Below, in pieces: positions 8,166 through 17,388 of a DNA stretch of 41,485 nucleotides (position 1 is its first letter; the number at the start of each line of letters is the position of its first letter). Origin of the DNA: Candidatus Ratteibacteria bacterium (GTDB taxonomy: Bacteria; Ratteibacteria; UBA8468; B48-G9; JAFGKM01); contig JBKBIN010000010.1 in NCBI GenBank assembly GCA_046296715.1, forward strand, positions 1 to 41,485, read 5' to 3'. The notes under the pieces were generated by a model, which saw only the letters and a program-made list of their open reading frames with translations, did no database searches and was not told the origin of the DNA. Position numbers and translations under genes: made by a program.

Positions 8166-8790
8166 ATATATTGGGTTATCTCTTTCTCACCATCTTCCTT
8201 TTTCTATTTTATCTGTTTCTATAGGACTTATTTTTGCAGGAATTTTAACCTTTTTATCAGAATTGTTAGATATTGAAAACTTAGGAGAACATTTTGAAGA
8301 GTTATTTCATATTTTTCATCCAATTCATATACTTTTTTCTGCTTTAGCAACTACCGCAATGTTCTGGAAACATGAGAAAAAATTTTTAAAAGCATTAATG
8401 ATAGGAATTATTGGATCAATTGGAATATGTGGAATAAGCGATATTTTTATACCGTATATCTCTGGCTTTTTGCTTGGTACAAAAATGAAACTCCATATAT
8501 GTATAATTGAACATCCTCAAGTTATTCTTCCTTTTCTACTATTAGGCGTCTTTACAGGATATGTTGCACCTGAAACTCTTGAAAAATCAGAAGGAGTTAT
8601 TTTTTCTCATTCTCTTCATGTTTTTATCAGTGCAGTTGCTTCAATATTTTATCTTTTAAGTTTTGGATTAACTGAATGGATACATCAAATAGGAGCACTT
8701 TTAATATATATGGTTCTTGCTGTAATTATTCCTTGCTGTACAAGTGATATAATTTTCCCTTTATTTTTTATCTCTACTAAATCTGAATAA
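8152..8790 (+). CDS. His/Cys-rich integral membrane protein, function unknown (candidate metal transporter)
   Basis: AGGAGG RBS inside the fur 3' end; about 6 hydrophobic helices; duplicated HxxH...SA and C..SD...P motifs. Confidence 0.75.
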   Translation: MKKFKYIGLSLSHHLPFSILSVSIGLIFAGILTFLSELLDIENLGEHFEELFHIFHPIHILFSALATTAMFWKHEKKFLKALMIGIIGSIGICGISDIFIPYISGFLLGTKMKLHICIIEHPQVILPFLLLGVFTGYVAPETLEKSEGVIFSHSLHVFISAVASIFYLLSFGLTEWIHQIGALLIYMVLAVIIPCCTSDIIFPLFFISTKSE

Positions 8791-8810
8791 TAAACATTTT
8801 TAATAAATCT

Positions 8811-10637
8811 TTATTTCCAAACTATAGAAAAGGCAAATAGATTTTTCCCTTCAGCAGAAATAATAAATTTCCCATTAGGTAAAGAAGATAAAAAAGTTAT
8901 TCTTTCTTTTAATGAATATCTCCATAAACTATTTTTATCATATGAAAGAAAAAACAAAAAGTTACTCTTTTTTCCAGAAATTAAATCCAAAATTTCAGAA
9001 GAAAAAACATTAAAATTGATTTCTTCATCACTTTTGAATTTATATATTTCATAACCATTCATGTCATGTATATAGACCATCCCTTTATCTGTCTCAGAAC
9101 AAATATAGTTTTCTCCTATCTTAATCTCTATTACTTTCCCATCAACATTCATTTGCCATTTTAAGTTTCCATCGTCCCTGTAACAATATAATTTTCCATC
9201 TTCTGTACCAATAAAAACTAAACTACCATCATCTTTTATATCAATAAAAGAAATAATACTTGGTAAATTAACTTCCCAAAAAATTTCACCATTTTTATCC
9301 ATGTAAATAATTTTTTTATCAATACCTGCAGTTATAAATTTACCTTCTTCTGAAATCCCAATACCTCTTCCCAAATTTCCTGTTTTCATTGTCCATAAAA
9401 TTTTTCCATTTTTTGATACAAAATATAACATTCCTTCAAGTGTGAAAAATGAAAAATAATTTCCTTCAGGCGAAATTGAAACTTTTACAATCTTTTCTGG
9501 TCTATTTAATTTTCTTAATAAAGATCCTTTATCATTAAATAAATAAATAGACCCAGAATCACAACCAAGTAAAATGTTTTTTCTATCTTTTGATGTCTTA
9601 AGATCATTTATTAAATCATCTGTTTCAAAACTCCATAAAAATTTTGTTTCAGGCAAATATAAAGAAGTAGGAATGTCTAATCCTTGAAAATTAAATACAA
9701 ATCTTTTAACTATATTTTGGATATATCTCATATCATCTGTTTTGTACTCATAATGTTCAAACCATTTTTTCTTATTAATTGAGAAAACATCTACATTTAA
9801 AACATATGTATCTACTATTTTAGCAAGTGATGGTTTAAGAGCATAGTCAGCATTTAAAATTTTACCTGTTATAGCAAGTTCATTATCATCTAAAGAATCT
9901 TCTATTAATTTTTGTTCATTTAAAACTTTTAAAAAATCAGTTTGTGGAATAATTACAAGGTTTTTTATATTACTTAATTCTGTTCTAAAAATATCAACAA
10001 AATCTGACTGAATAAATGAGGGTATGTCAATATAAATTGGCTTTAATATAATAATTAGATTTTTTTTAAATAAAAGATTTAACTTTTTTATCCTCCCTTC
10101 TATAAAATCAATAGAATATTCTGTTCCCCAGTAATTTTTATTTTCGATAAATTTTGAAATTTCATAGTAAAGATTAAGTGCCTGATTATACATTCCTTCT
10201 TTTTCATAAATCTCAGCAAGAAGTATATAATAATCAGCATCTGGTATTAAACATTTATTTAAATAAGTTTCAAAGTGTTTTATACTTTCTTTTATATATC
10301 CTACTTCCAAACAAAAGTCACCTATTATTTTATAGATAAAGGCAGTTGGTGTTGCATATTTCAAATATTTTAAACTTTCCTTATCTCTTGGCCAGCCAAA
10401 AGGCCAATTAGAAGGAGTAAATGGTTCACACTTCTTTGTTTTTTCTAAAGCAATATTTAAGTATTTATCTGCAGTTTTGATATCCTTCTTGTCTGAATAA
10501 TAATTTGCTTTTTCAATATATCTCCAAACTTCATTTGAAAAAACAACCGAAAATTTCCTATTTTTTTCATACCATTCTGCACCAAATAAAAGATTTAAAA
10601 AAATATTAAAACTTAATAAAAAAATAAACTTTCTCAT
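8811..10637 (-). CDS. Exported TPR plus beta-propeller (PQQ/WD40-like) protein
   Basis: Signal-peptide-like N-terminus; TPR-like helices (YYILLAEIYEKEGMYNQALNLY); alpha/beta middle domain (GKILNADY, CsgG/TolB-N-like); repeated G.i.W blades (KNGKILW, KNGEIFW, DDGNLKW). Confidence 0.75.
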   Translation of the reverse strand: MRKFIFLLSFNIFLNLLFGAEWYEKNRKFSVVFSNEVWRYIEKANYYSDKKDIKTADKYLNIALEKTKKCEPFTPSNWPFGWPRDKESLKYLKYATPTAFIYKIIGDFCLEVGYIKESIKHFETYLNKCLIPDADYYILLAEIYEKEGMYNQALNLYYEISKFIENKNYWGTEYSIDFIEGRIKKLNLLFKKNLIIILKPIYIDIPSFIQSDFVDIFRTELSNIKNLVIIPQTDFLKVLNEQKLIEDSLDDNELAITGKILNADYALKPSLAKIVDTYVLNVDVFSINKKKWFEHYEYKTDDMRYIQNIVKRFVFNFQGLDIPTSLYLPETKFLWSFETDDLINDLKTSKDRKNILLGCDSGSIYLFNDKGSLLRKLNRPEKIVKVSISPEGNYFSFFTLEGMLYFVSKNGKILWTMKTGNLGRGIGISEEGKFITAGIDKKIIYMDKNGEIFWEVNLPSIISFIDIKDDGSLVFIGTEDGKLYCYRDDGNLKWQMNVDGKVIEIKIGENYICSETDKGMVYIHDMNGYEIYKFKSDEEINFNVFSSEILDLISGKKSNFLFFLSYDKNSLWRYSLKERITFLSSLPNGKFIISAEGKNLFAFSIVWK

Positions 10638-13282
10638 AGATTCTCCTTAAAAATAATTAAACCAAATTGCTCTGGGATATCTATTCTACCTGTCCATGTA
10701 GATGTAACATAATTATTTATTTCTCTCTGAAAGTTTATTGCCCATTGAGTTCCTTTTTCAATCTTATCAACTTTAAGATCCTTTAAAGGAATGGAGATTT
10801 CAGCAATAAATTTCCTTACCATTCCTGGGGAAGAAACATCCGTATCAATTTTCCAATCCGAATTCCATAATTTATCTATATCTTCTACTTTGTAAAACTT
10901 CCAAATGTAACTGTATTTAAGATATTTCGTTTCTGATGAAAGCTGAAAAACATATTTAAGAGGATGAAATACAAATTGATACCATTCATTTAAAGAATTT
11001 TTAGGATTTAACGATATAGTTATAAAATCTCTTGTATCATAATTTAACATACTATTTGGTGGATTTTCACATATGATTAAAAAATAGATATTTTCATTGT
11101 CATAAACACTTGCTATTTTGGTTTGAACATCAATCAATACCTTTTCCTCTTCTATTGTTATAAACCCATTTGTTTGCTCTATCATTTTCCATATTCCTTC
11201 ATTAGCCATGCCATCTATTTCAATTGGAATATCTGTTTTGTACGAATACATCTTTTTAGGAGTAACCTCCTGAATTCCTATCTTATTTCTATATATTTCT
11301 TCTCTTATAGAAAAAATCTTATTTTTTAAACTTAGAGGAATTTTGGGGTCTTTAAGATAGACATTCGCAAGTGTTCTAAGTGGTTCTATATTTGCTTCGG
11401 ATAACCTCACAAGAACTTCAAAACCTGTTAAATTTCCTAATCTTGCAAGACCCCAAGCAGAAATTAATTTTATTTCAAGTTCTGAATTATAAAGTTTCTT
11501 CAGAAAAATTGAAGAATATATGGGTTTATTCAAATACACAAGTGCCTCAACTGCAATCTTTTGATAAAAAATATTTTCATTATTGATATTTCTCATAATT
11601 ACACTAATCCCATCTTCTCTTCCCATCTTTGCAAGCGAATGTGCACATATAAGTTGATATTCGGGATCAAAGTGAATCAATCCTTGTTTTAAAATTCCAA
11701 TTGAATTTTTATCTTGAATTTCTCCTAAAACTATAGCAGCCAATTTCTTTAACTCTACATCTGCTTCTTTTGAAAGTTCTCTGACATCCTTAGAGAATAT
11801 CTTTTTGGGACTCTCTTTTAAAACCAAAAGTGCTTTCTCTCTAACTTCAGGATATTTACTGTAGAACATTTTAACAAGCAAATTATTTATTTCTTTACTA
11901 CCTATAAAATTGTCAACTTTATCTAAAACAAATTTCCTTTCTTTTTCATTAACACTATTCAATTTTACAATACACTGCTTTATAATATCATTCAAATACC
12001 TTGAACTACATTTCCTTATTCTTAAATCAGGATCATTCTTCTCCATATACACAAGATTTTTTATGTAATACTCGTCAAACATATCAAGGTAGTAATAACT
12101 TTCAATTGAAGCGTATCTTATATCTTTATTGTTACTTCTTAAATATCTCCTCAATATATTCTTAGTGTTATCCATATCTGAAATACCAATTTTACCAAGT
12201 TCAATAATTGCAAGTTTTCTAAACTCTATATCAATTTCTTTATTCTCAATAAATTTTTCTAAGATAGGTATAAATGATGGATCGTTCAATCTTTCAATTA
12301 TATTTATCGCTTCTTCTCTAACTTTTGATGACTTGTCAGCAATACATTTAACAATCTCTGGATAAGAAAGAGGATTTTTAAATTTTTCAAGAGCCCATAA
12401 AGAATATATTCTTACACTTTCATTTTCATCTCCTAATCCTTTAACCAACCCTTCTATTCCTTCTTCTCCTTTCAACCTTATTAATGTTTTAATTGCTTCA
12501 ATCTTCACTTTTACTGATGGTTCATTCAATAATCCTTCAATTTCTTCAATCCTTCTTGCTTTAAAACGTTCAATTGTCCACAGTGCCTTAATTTTTACTT
12601 CATCACTTTTATCCGCTAACAACTTCACAAGATAAGGAATACATCTTTCATCATCTGCATTCTCAAAAATAGAAATCGTTAGCAATTTTATCTCTTCCTC
12701 TCCATCAAAGCAATCAAAAAGAACTTTTAATTGACTTTCATTCATTGATTTAAAATTAAAACGTGTTACATTTTTCCATAATAATCTTTTCAATGAAATT
12801 AAAAGTGCTTTTTTTACTTCAAAATTTGAATCGTTAAGATGTGAAATAATATAGGTAATTGAGTCTTCATTTCCATATTTACCAATACCAATAGCAGCAT
12901 AATACCTTACCTGCCAGTAAGGGTCTTTGAGTGAACTATATAAATCTTCCAAAATATTACCTTCCCCAAATTTTACAAGTCCTTTTATACCATATAATCT
13001 TACCTGCCAGTAAGAATCTCCAAGAGATTTTTTATAATAGTCAATACAGGTAACATCTCCAATTTCATAAAGAACCAATGATGCTAAACTTCTAATCTCT
13101 TTATCTTCGTCATCCAAAAAAGCAGCAATTTCTTTTATATAAACTTTATCTTTATTATTTAGAACTCTTTTTATAAATTCAATCTTTTTCTCTTTTGTTC
13201 CAAAAAGGATTACCCCTTTTTCAGAAAATAAACTACACGATATTACAATAAAAAGAATGAAGAATTTAATTATTTTTTTCAT
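10634..13282 (-). CDS. Exported HEAT/PBS-lyase-like repeat protein with a C-terminal CBM9/DOMON-like domain
   Basis: Likely start MKKIIKFF at 13282 (signal peptide); many L.D....VR..A..L repeats; C-terminal IEIDG..E..W, YDNENIYF, AEISIP, WAINFQRE, QFG motifs typical of CBM9_1. Confidence 0.75.
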   Translation of the reverse strand: MKKIIKFFILFIVISCSLFSEKGVILFGTKEKKIEFIKRVLNNKDKVYIKEIAAFLDDEDKEIRSLASLVLYEIGDVTCIDYYKKSLGDSYWQVRLYGIKGLVKFGEGNILEDLYSSLKDPYWQVRYYAAIGIGKYGNEDSITYIISHLNDSNFEVKKALLISLKRLLWKNVTRFNFKSMNESQLKVLFDCFDGEEEIKLLTISIFENADDERCIPYLVKLLADKSDEVKIKALWTIERFKARRIEEIEGLLNEPSVKVKIEAIKTLIRLKGEEGIEGLVKGLGDENESVRIYSLWALEKFKNPLSYPEIVKCIADKSSKVREEAINIIERLNDPSFIPILEKFIENKEIDIEFRKLAIIELGKIGISDMDNTKNILRRYLRSNNKDIRYASIESYYYLDMFDEYYIKNLVYMEKNDPDLRIRKCSSRYLNDIIKQCIVKLNSVNEKERKFVLDKVDNFIGSKEINNLLVKMFYSKYPEVREKALLVLKESPKKIFSKDVRELSKEADVELKKLAAIVLGEIQDKNSIGILKQGLIHFDPEYQLICAHSLAKMGREDGISVIMRNINNENIFYQKIAVEALVYLNKPIYSSIFLKKLYNSELEIKLISAWGLARLGNLTGFEVLVRLSEANIEPLRTLANVYLKDPKIPLSLKNKIFSIREEIYRNKIGIQEVTPKKMYSYKTDIPIEIDGMANEGIWKMIEQTNGFITIEEEKVLIDVQTKIASVYDNENIYFLIICENPPNSMLNYDTRDFITISLNPKNSLNEWYQFVFHPLKYVFQLSSETKYLKYSYIWKFYKVEDIDKLWNSDWKIDTDVSSPGMVRKFIAEISIPLKDLKVDKIEKGTQWAINFQREINNYVTSTWTGRIDIPEQFGLIIFKENL

Positions 13283-13937
13283 AATAATATCTTGGAAATC
13301 CAATATCTACTAATTTAATTTTACCTGTATATTCTGGTCCTTTACCCACAAAAAAACCTTTTTTTAAAAAACCCATACTTATTGTTAAATTACTTTTAAT
13401 ACAAACACCGTGTATTTCTCCTGTATCTGCATCAAGTCCAGAAGGTATATCTATTGAAACTGTAAATTTTGAATTTTTATTTATAAACTCTATTATATTT
13501 TTCATTTCTCCCTCTATCATTCCTTTTATTCCAATTCCCAGAATCGCATCTATTACAACATCGCTATTCTCAATACGTATATCTTTTAATTTTAAAATAT
13601 TTATATTTTCTATGTCAACTTTTAACTTGTTCAAAATATCAAAATTTATTAAAGAGATTTTTGTAAAATTATTTATTTCACCAAAATAAAAGACCTTTAC
13701 ATTTACTCCATAATTGAATAAATACCTTGATAAAACAAAACCATCACCCCCATTATTACCTTTGCCACAGAAAACTAAAATTTTTCTTTTTTTTAAGTCT
13801 TTTAATTCTTTTTTTATTACATAAAAACTTTCTTTTCCTGCATTTTCCATAAGAATTAAACTGCTAATACCAAACTTTTCTTCTGTTTCTTTTTCTATCC
13901 TTGTTATTTCATCTTTTGTAAGAATTAACTTTCTCAT
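13266..13937 (-). CDS. nnrE: NAD(P)H-hydrate epimerase (stand-alone YjeF N-terminal domain)
   Basis: LMENAG, GKGNNGGDG, DAILGIG, SIDIPSG, DIGFP motifs. Confidence 0.92.
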   Translation of the reverse strand: MRKLILTKDEITRIEKETEEKFGISSLILMENAGKESFYVIKKELKDLKKRKILVFCGKGNNGGDGFVLSRYLFNYGVNVKVFYFGEINNFTKISLINFDILNKLKVDIENINILKLKDIRIENSDVVIDAILGIGIKGMIEGEMKNIIEFINKNSKFTVSIDIPSGLDADTGEIHGVCIKSNLTISMGFLKKGFFVGKGPEYTGKIKLVDIGFPRYYYEKNN

Positions 13938-15317
13938 TTATTGAATCCTTTTTAAAAATTCTTTTGCAACTTTGTCAATAGGACCAGCACCAATAGTCAA
14001 AATTATATCCCCTTCCCTTTTTATTTCACAAAGATATTCAACTATATCTTTAAAAGAAGGGATATAAATTGCTTCCTTTCCTTTTTTCCTTATTTTTTCA
14101 ACGAGAATTTCTGAATTTACTAATTTTTTTTCAATCAATGAATCCCTGACAAAATATATATCTGGAACAACAATTTTATCTGCAAGAGAAAAAGAGCTTG
14201 CAAAGTCCTTTATTAAAAACCTTGTTCTACTATATTGATGAGGCTGAAAAACAACTATTAATCTTCTGTTCGGAAATACTTCTTTTATACATTTTAATGT
14301 TGCTTTTATCTCTGTTGGATGGTGTCCATAATCATCTAAAACAATAATATTTTTTCTTTCCCCTAAAATCTCACATCTTCTATGAACTCCTTTAAAACTT
14401 TCTAATCCTTTCTTAATCTCTTGCCAAGAAAAACCAAGACAAAGCCCAACTCCGATAACAGATAATGAGTTTAATACATTATGCCTGCCCCATAAATTTA
14501 TCTTTACTTTCCCAAGTCTATTTTGATTGAAAAAACATTCAAATTCTGTAGTTTTTCCAATTGTTTTAAAGTAGGATGCAGTTATATTGTATGAACCAAA
14601 TCCATAAGACAGACTATTAATTTTTAACTTTTTTACTATATCTTTTAGATTTTTATCTTCACCACAATAGATTAAAAAACCACCTGGTTTTATATTTTCT
14701 GCAAATTGTAAAAAAGCACTTTTTATATCATCAATATCCTTGTAATAATCAAGATGGTCTTTTTCAATATTTGTAATAATAGCAATTTCTGGATGATAAT
14801 TCAAAAAAGATCTTTTATATTCACAACCTTCAACGACAAAAAACTCTCCTTTTCCAAACCCAGAATTTCCTGAATTTACAATTTCACCTCCAATTAAAAA
14901 AGACGGTGATAATTTTAATGTTTTCAAAAGATTAACTACTAAGGCAGAGGTCGTTGTTTTCCCATGAGTTCCTGAAATAACAATTCCTCTTTTTTCATTC
15001 ATTATTTCACCAACTGCTTCTGGATAACTCAAAATTGGAATATTTAATTCTTTTGCTCTTTTGTATTCTGGATTATCAGGTAAAATTGCTTGAGAATGAA
15101 TCACAAGTTCTATAGTAGGATCTATATTTTGTTCTTTTTGACCAATATAAATTTTTATTCCTAACTTTTTAAGTTTTTTTATTATAGGAGAATAACTATT
15201 ATCTGAACCAGAAACTTCTTTGCCAAAATGTACCAAAATCTTAGCAAGTCCACTTACACCAATTCCTCCAATCCCTATTAAATGTATTCTTTTAGATTTT
15301 TTAATAACATTTCTCAT
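13938..15317 (-). CDS. murC: UDP-N-acetylmuramate--L-alanine ligase
   Basis: IGIGGIGVSG, GTHGKTTT, DHLDYY, DDYGHHPTEI, FQPHQYSRT motifs. Confidence 0.95.
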   Translation of the reverse strand: MRNVIKKSKRIHLIGIGGIGVSGLAKILVHFGKEVSGSDNSYSPIIKKLKKLGIKIYIGQKEQNIDPTIELVIHSQAILPDNPEYKRAKELNIPILSYPEAVGEIMNEKRGIVISGTHGKTTTSALVVNLLKTLKLSPSFLIGGEIVNSGNSGFGKGEFFVVEGCEYKRSFLNYHPEIAIITNIEKDHLDYYKDIDDIKSAFLQFAENIKPGGFLIYCGEDKNLKDIVKKLKINSLSYGFGSYNITASYFKTIGKTTEFECFFNQNRLGKVKINLWGRHNVLNSLSVIGVGLCLGFSWQEIKKGLESFKGVHRRCEILGERKNIIVLDDYGHHPTEIKATLKCIKEVFPNRRLIVVFQPHQYSRTRFLIKDFASSFSLADKIVVPDIYFVRDSLIEKKLVNSEILVEKIRKKGKEAIYIPSFKDIVEYLCEIKREGDIILTIGAGPIDKVAKEFLKRIQ

Positions 15318-16368
15318 TTCGTTTCTTGGATAAACTTAAAACAATTTCTTTTATAATACCTTTGTCAGAAAGTTTAATTTTCTTAAGATTTTCTTTTATA
15401 TTTGAACTTTCATTTAAAAATTTGTTGAACAAAAAAGTAAAATTTTTGGAGTTAATTTCTTTTTCTTCTACAAAAAAAGCACAACCAAATTTTTGCAGAT
15501 ACAAAGCATTTTTAATCTGATGCCCTCCTGCGTATGGATAAGGAATTAAAAAAGCAGGAATTTCTTTTTCAACAATTTCCACAATACTACCTGCTCCTGC
15601 TCTACAAATAACATAATCTGCTATTGTATATAATTTATTCATCTCATAAAAAAAATCATAAACTTTACCTTTTACTTTTTTTTCATTAAATTTTTCCTCA
15701 ACAAAATCTTTATCTTTTCCAGCAATAATTACTATCTGAAATCCTTTATCTTTAAAAAAATCAATGTTATTTACAATTAATTTATTTATAAAAGATGCTC
15801 CCTGACTACCTCCTAAAACTAAAAGTATTTTGCTATTTTCAAGTTCAAGTTGTTTCAGTATTTCTTCTTTTGAAAAATTTTTTTTAAAATCTGAAATTAA
15901 TGGAAACCCTGTTATAACACATTTTCTTAAGGGCAATTTATTTTTAAAAGGAAAAGTAAGAAATATAAAATCAGCAAAAATGGAAAGAATTTTTGTAGTT
16001 TTACTTGGAAGATAATTTTGCTCATGAATTATTACTTTTCTATATAAAATTCTACCTCCAATAATAAAAGGAACACAAACATAACTTCCAGTTCCTATAA
16101 TTATTTGAGGTTTTTCTTTAATAAATAAAAAAATTGAAAAAATTATTAAAGAAAAAAGTTTAAAAAACGAAAAAACAAAATTTTTCTTTGTAATTTTAAC
16201 TGATGGGATAACAATGAATGGAAAATTTCTTTTTTTTAGATGATTAATTATATATTCCCTTTTAGGGACAAAAAATTTAATTTCAAAATAGTCCTTTAAA
16301 CTTTCGCCAATTGCAAGTCCTGGAAAGAAATGTCCACCTGTCGGACCTGTTATAATAATTACTTTCAT
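15301..16368 (-). CDS. murG: Undecaprenyldiphospho-muramoylpentapeptide beta-N-acetylglucosaminyltransferase
   Basis: GPTGGHFFPG, HEQN, GGSQGA, RAGAGS, IPYPYA..HQ..NA motifs; adjacent to murC. Confidence 0.9.
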   Translation of the reverse strand: MKVIIITGPTGGHFFPGLAIGESLKDYFEIKFFVPKREYIINHLKKRNFPFIVIPSVKITKKNFVFSFFKLFSLIIFSIFLFIKEKPQIIIGTGSYVCVPFIIGGRILYRKVIIHEQNYLPSKTTKILSIFADFIFLTFPFKNKLPLRKCVITGFPLISDFKKNFSKEEILKQLELENSKILLVLGGSQGASFINKLIVNNIDFFKDKGFQIVIIAGKDKDFVEEKFNEKKVKGKVYDFFYEMNKLYTIADYVICRAGAGSIVEIVEKEIPAFLIPYPYAGGHQIKNALYLQKFGCAFFVEEKEINSKNFTFLFNKFLNESSNIKENLKKIKLSDKGIIKEIVLSLSKKRNEKCY

Positions 16369-16398
16369 AGTTTAATTATATCATAAAAATGATAAAAT
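16369..16398. promoter_or_regulatory. Back-to-back extended -10 promoters (murG and the PP-loop gene)
   Basis: Minus strand TGA-TATAAT (16383-16375) lies 6 nt before the murG ATG; plus strand TGA-TAAAAT (16390-16398) lies 12 nt before ATG 16411. Confidence 0.6.
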
Positions 16399-16410
16399 TT
16401 ATTTAAAGAA

Positions 16411-17388
16411 ATGAAAAAAATAGCAGTAGGTTTAATATCAGGAGGTCTTGATAGCGTTCTTGCACTACAATTGATAAAAGAACAAGGGTTTGAAATTATA
16501 GGCATTTTTATAAAGACACCATTTATTTCAAAGTTTGGCGAACCAACAATAAAAAATTTAGAAAGAATTTCAAATGAAATGAATTTTAAACTTATGATTA
16601 TTGAGGTAGAAAATGATTATATTGAAATTGTAAGAAATCCTATATATGGATATGGGAAAAATCTTAATCCATGTATTGATTGTCATATATATATGTTAAA
16701 AAAAGCAAAAGAAATTATGGAAAAAGAAAGTGCAGATTTTATTTTTACAGGTGAAGTTCTTGGTCAAAGGGGCAAATCTCAAAATTTAAATGCTTTAAAA
16801 ATTATAGAACAAGAATCATCATTAAAGGGTAAACTTTTAAGACCTCTTACAGCATTAAATCTACCACCGACAGAAGTAGAAAAAAAAGGAGTAATCAAAA
16901 GAGAACTTTTACTTGGGATTAAAGGGAGAGAAAGAAAATTACAACTTCATCTTGCTGAAATGAAAAATCTAAAATATTTTGGAACACCATCAGGAGGTTG
17001 TCTTTTAACAGATAAAATTTTTTGTAAAAAATTAAAAGATTTATTTGAAAATTCTGAGAAAATAAATTTAAAAGACTGTTATATCCTTCAAATAGGAAGA
17101 CATTTTAGAATTTCAAAAAAAACAAAATTGATTATTACAAGAGATGAGATAGAAGCAAAAAAAATAATAGATTTTTGCAATAAAGATGATATCATAATAC
17201 TTTCAGAAGATAGTCCAGAAATAGTAGGTATAATAAAAGGAGAAATTGATAATCTTGTATTTGAAATTTATGGTTCTTATTTAAGAAAAAATGGAATATG
17301 CACATTAAAAAATTTAAAAGGAGAAATAATAGAAAAAGTAGTTGTTGAAAAGACAAATAAATTAAATTATCAAAAATTTTTATTATGA
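16411..17388 (+). CDS. PP-loop ATPase of the ThiI/MnmA-like tRNA sulfurtransferase family
   Basis: SGGLDS PP-loop; LNPCIDC, TGEVLGQR..SQ, LLRPL, GGCLLT, GRHFR motifs; no THUMP domain visible. Confidence 0.75.
   Translation: MKKIAVGLISGGLDSVLALQLIKEQGFEIIGIFIKTPFISKFGEPTIKNLERISNEMNFKLMIIEVENDYIEIVRNPIYGYGKNLNPCIDCHIYMLKKAKEIMEKESADFIFTGEVLGQRGKSQNLNALKIIEQESSLKGKLLRPLTALNLPPTEVEKKGVIKRELLLGIKGRERKLQLHLAEMKNLKYFGTPSGGCLLTDKIFCKKLKDLFENSEKINLKDCYILQIGRHFRISKKTKLIITRDEIEAKKIIDFCNKDDIIILSEDSPEIVGIIKGEIDNLVFEIYGSYLRKNGICTLKNLKGEIIEKVVVEKTNKLNYQKFLL

Noticed and set aside
12860..13020. Near-repeated DNA (…ACCTGCCAGTAAG…) inside the HEAT gene
   Set aside because: Encodes the adjacent HEAT repeats DSYWQVR and DPYWQVR; not a CRISPR or DNA-level repeat system.
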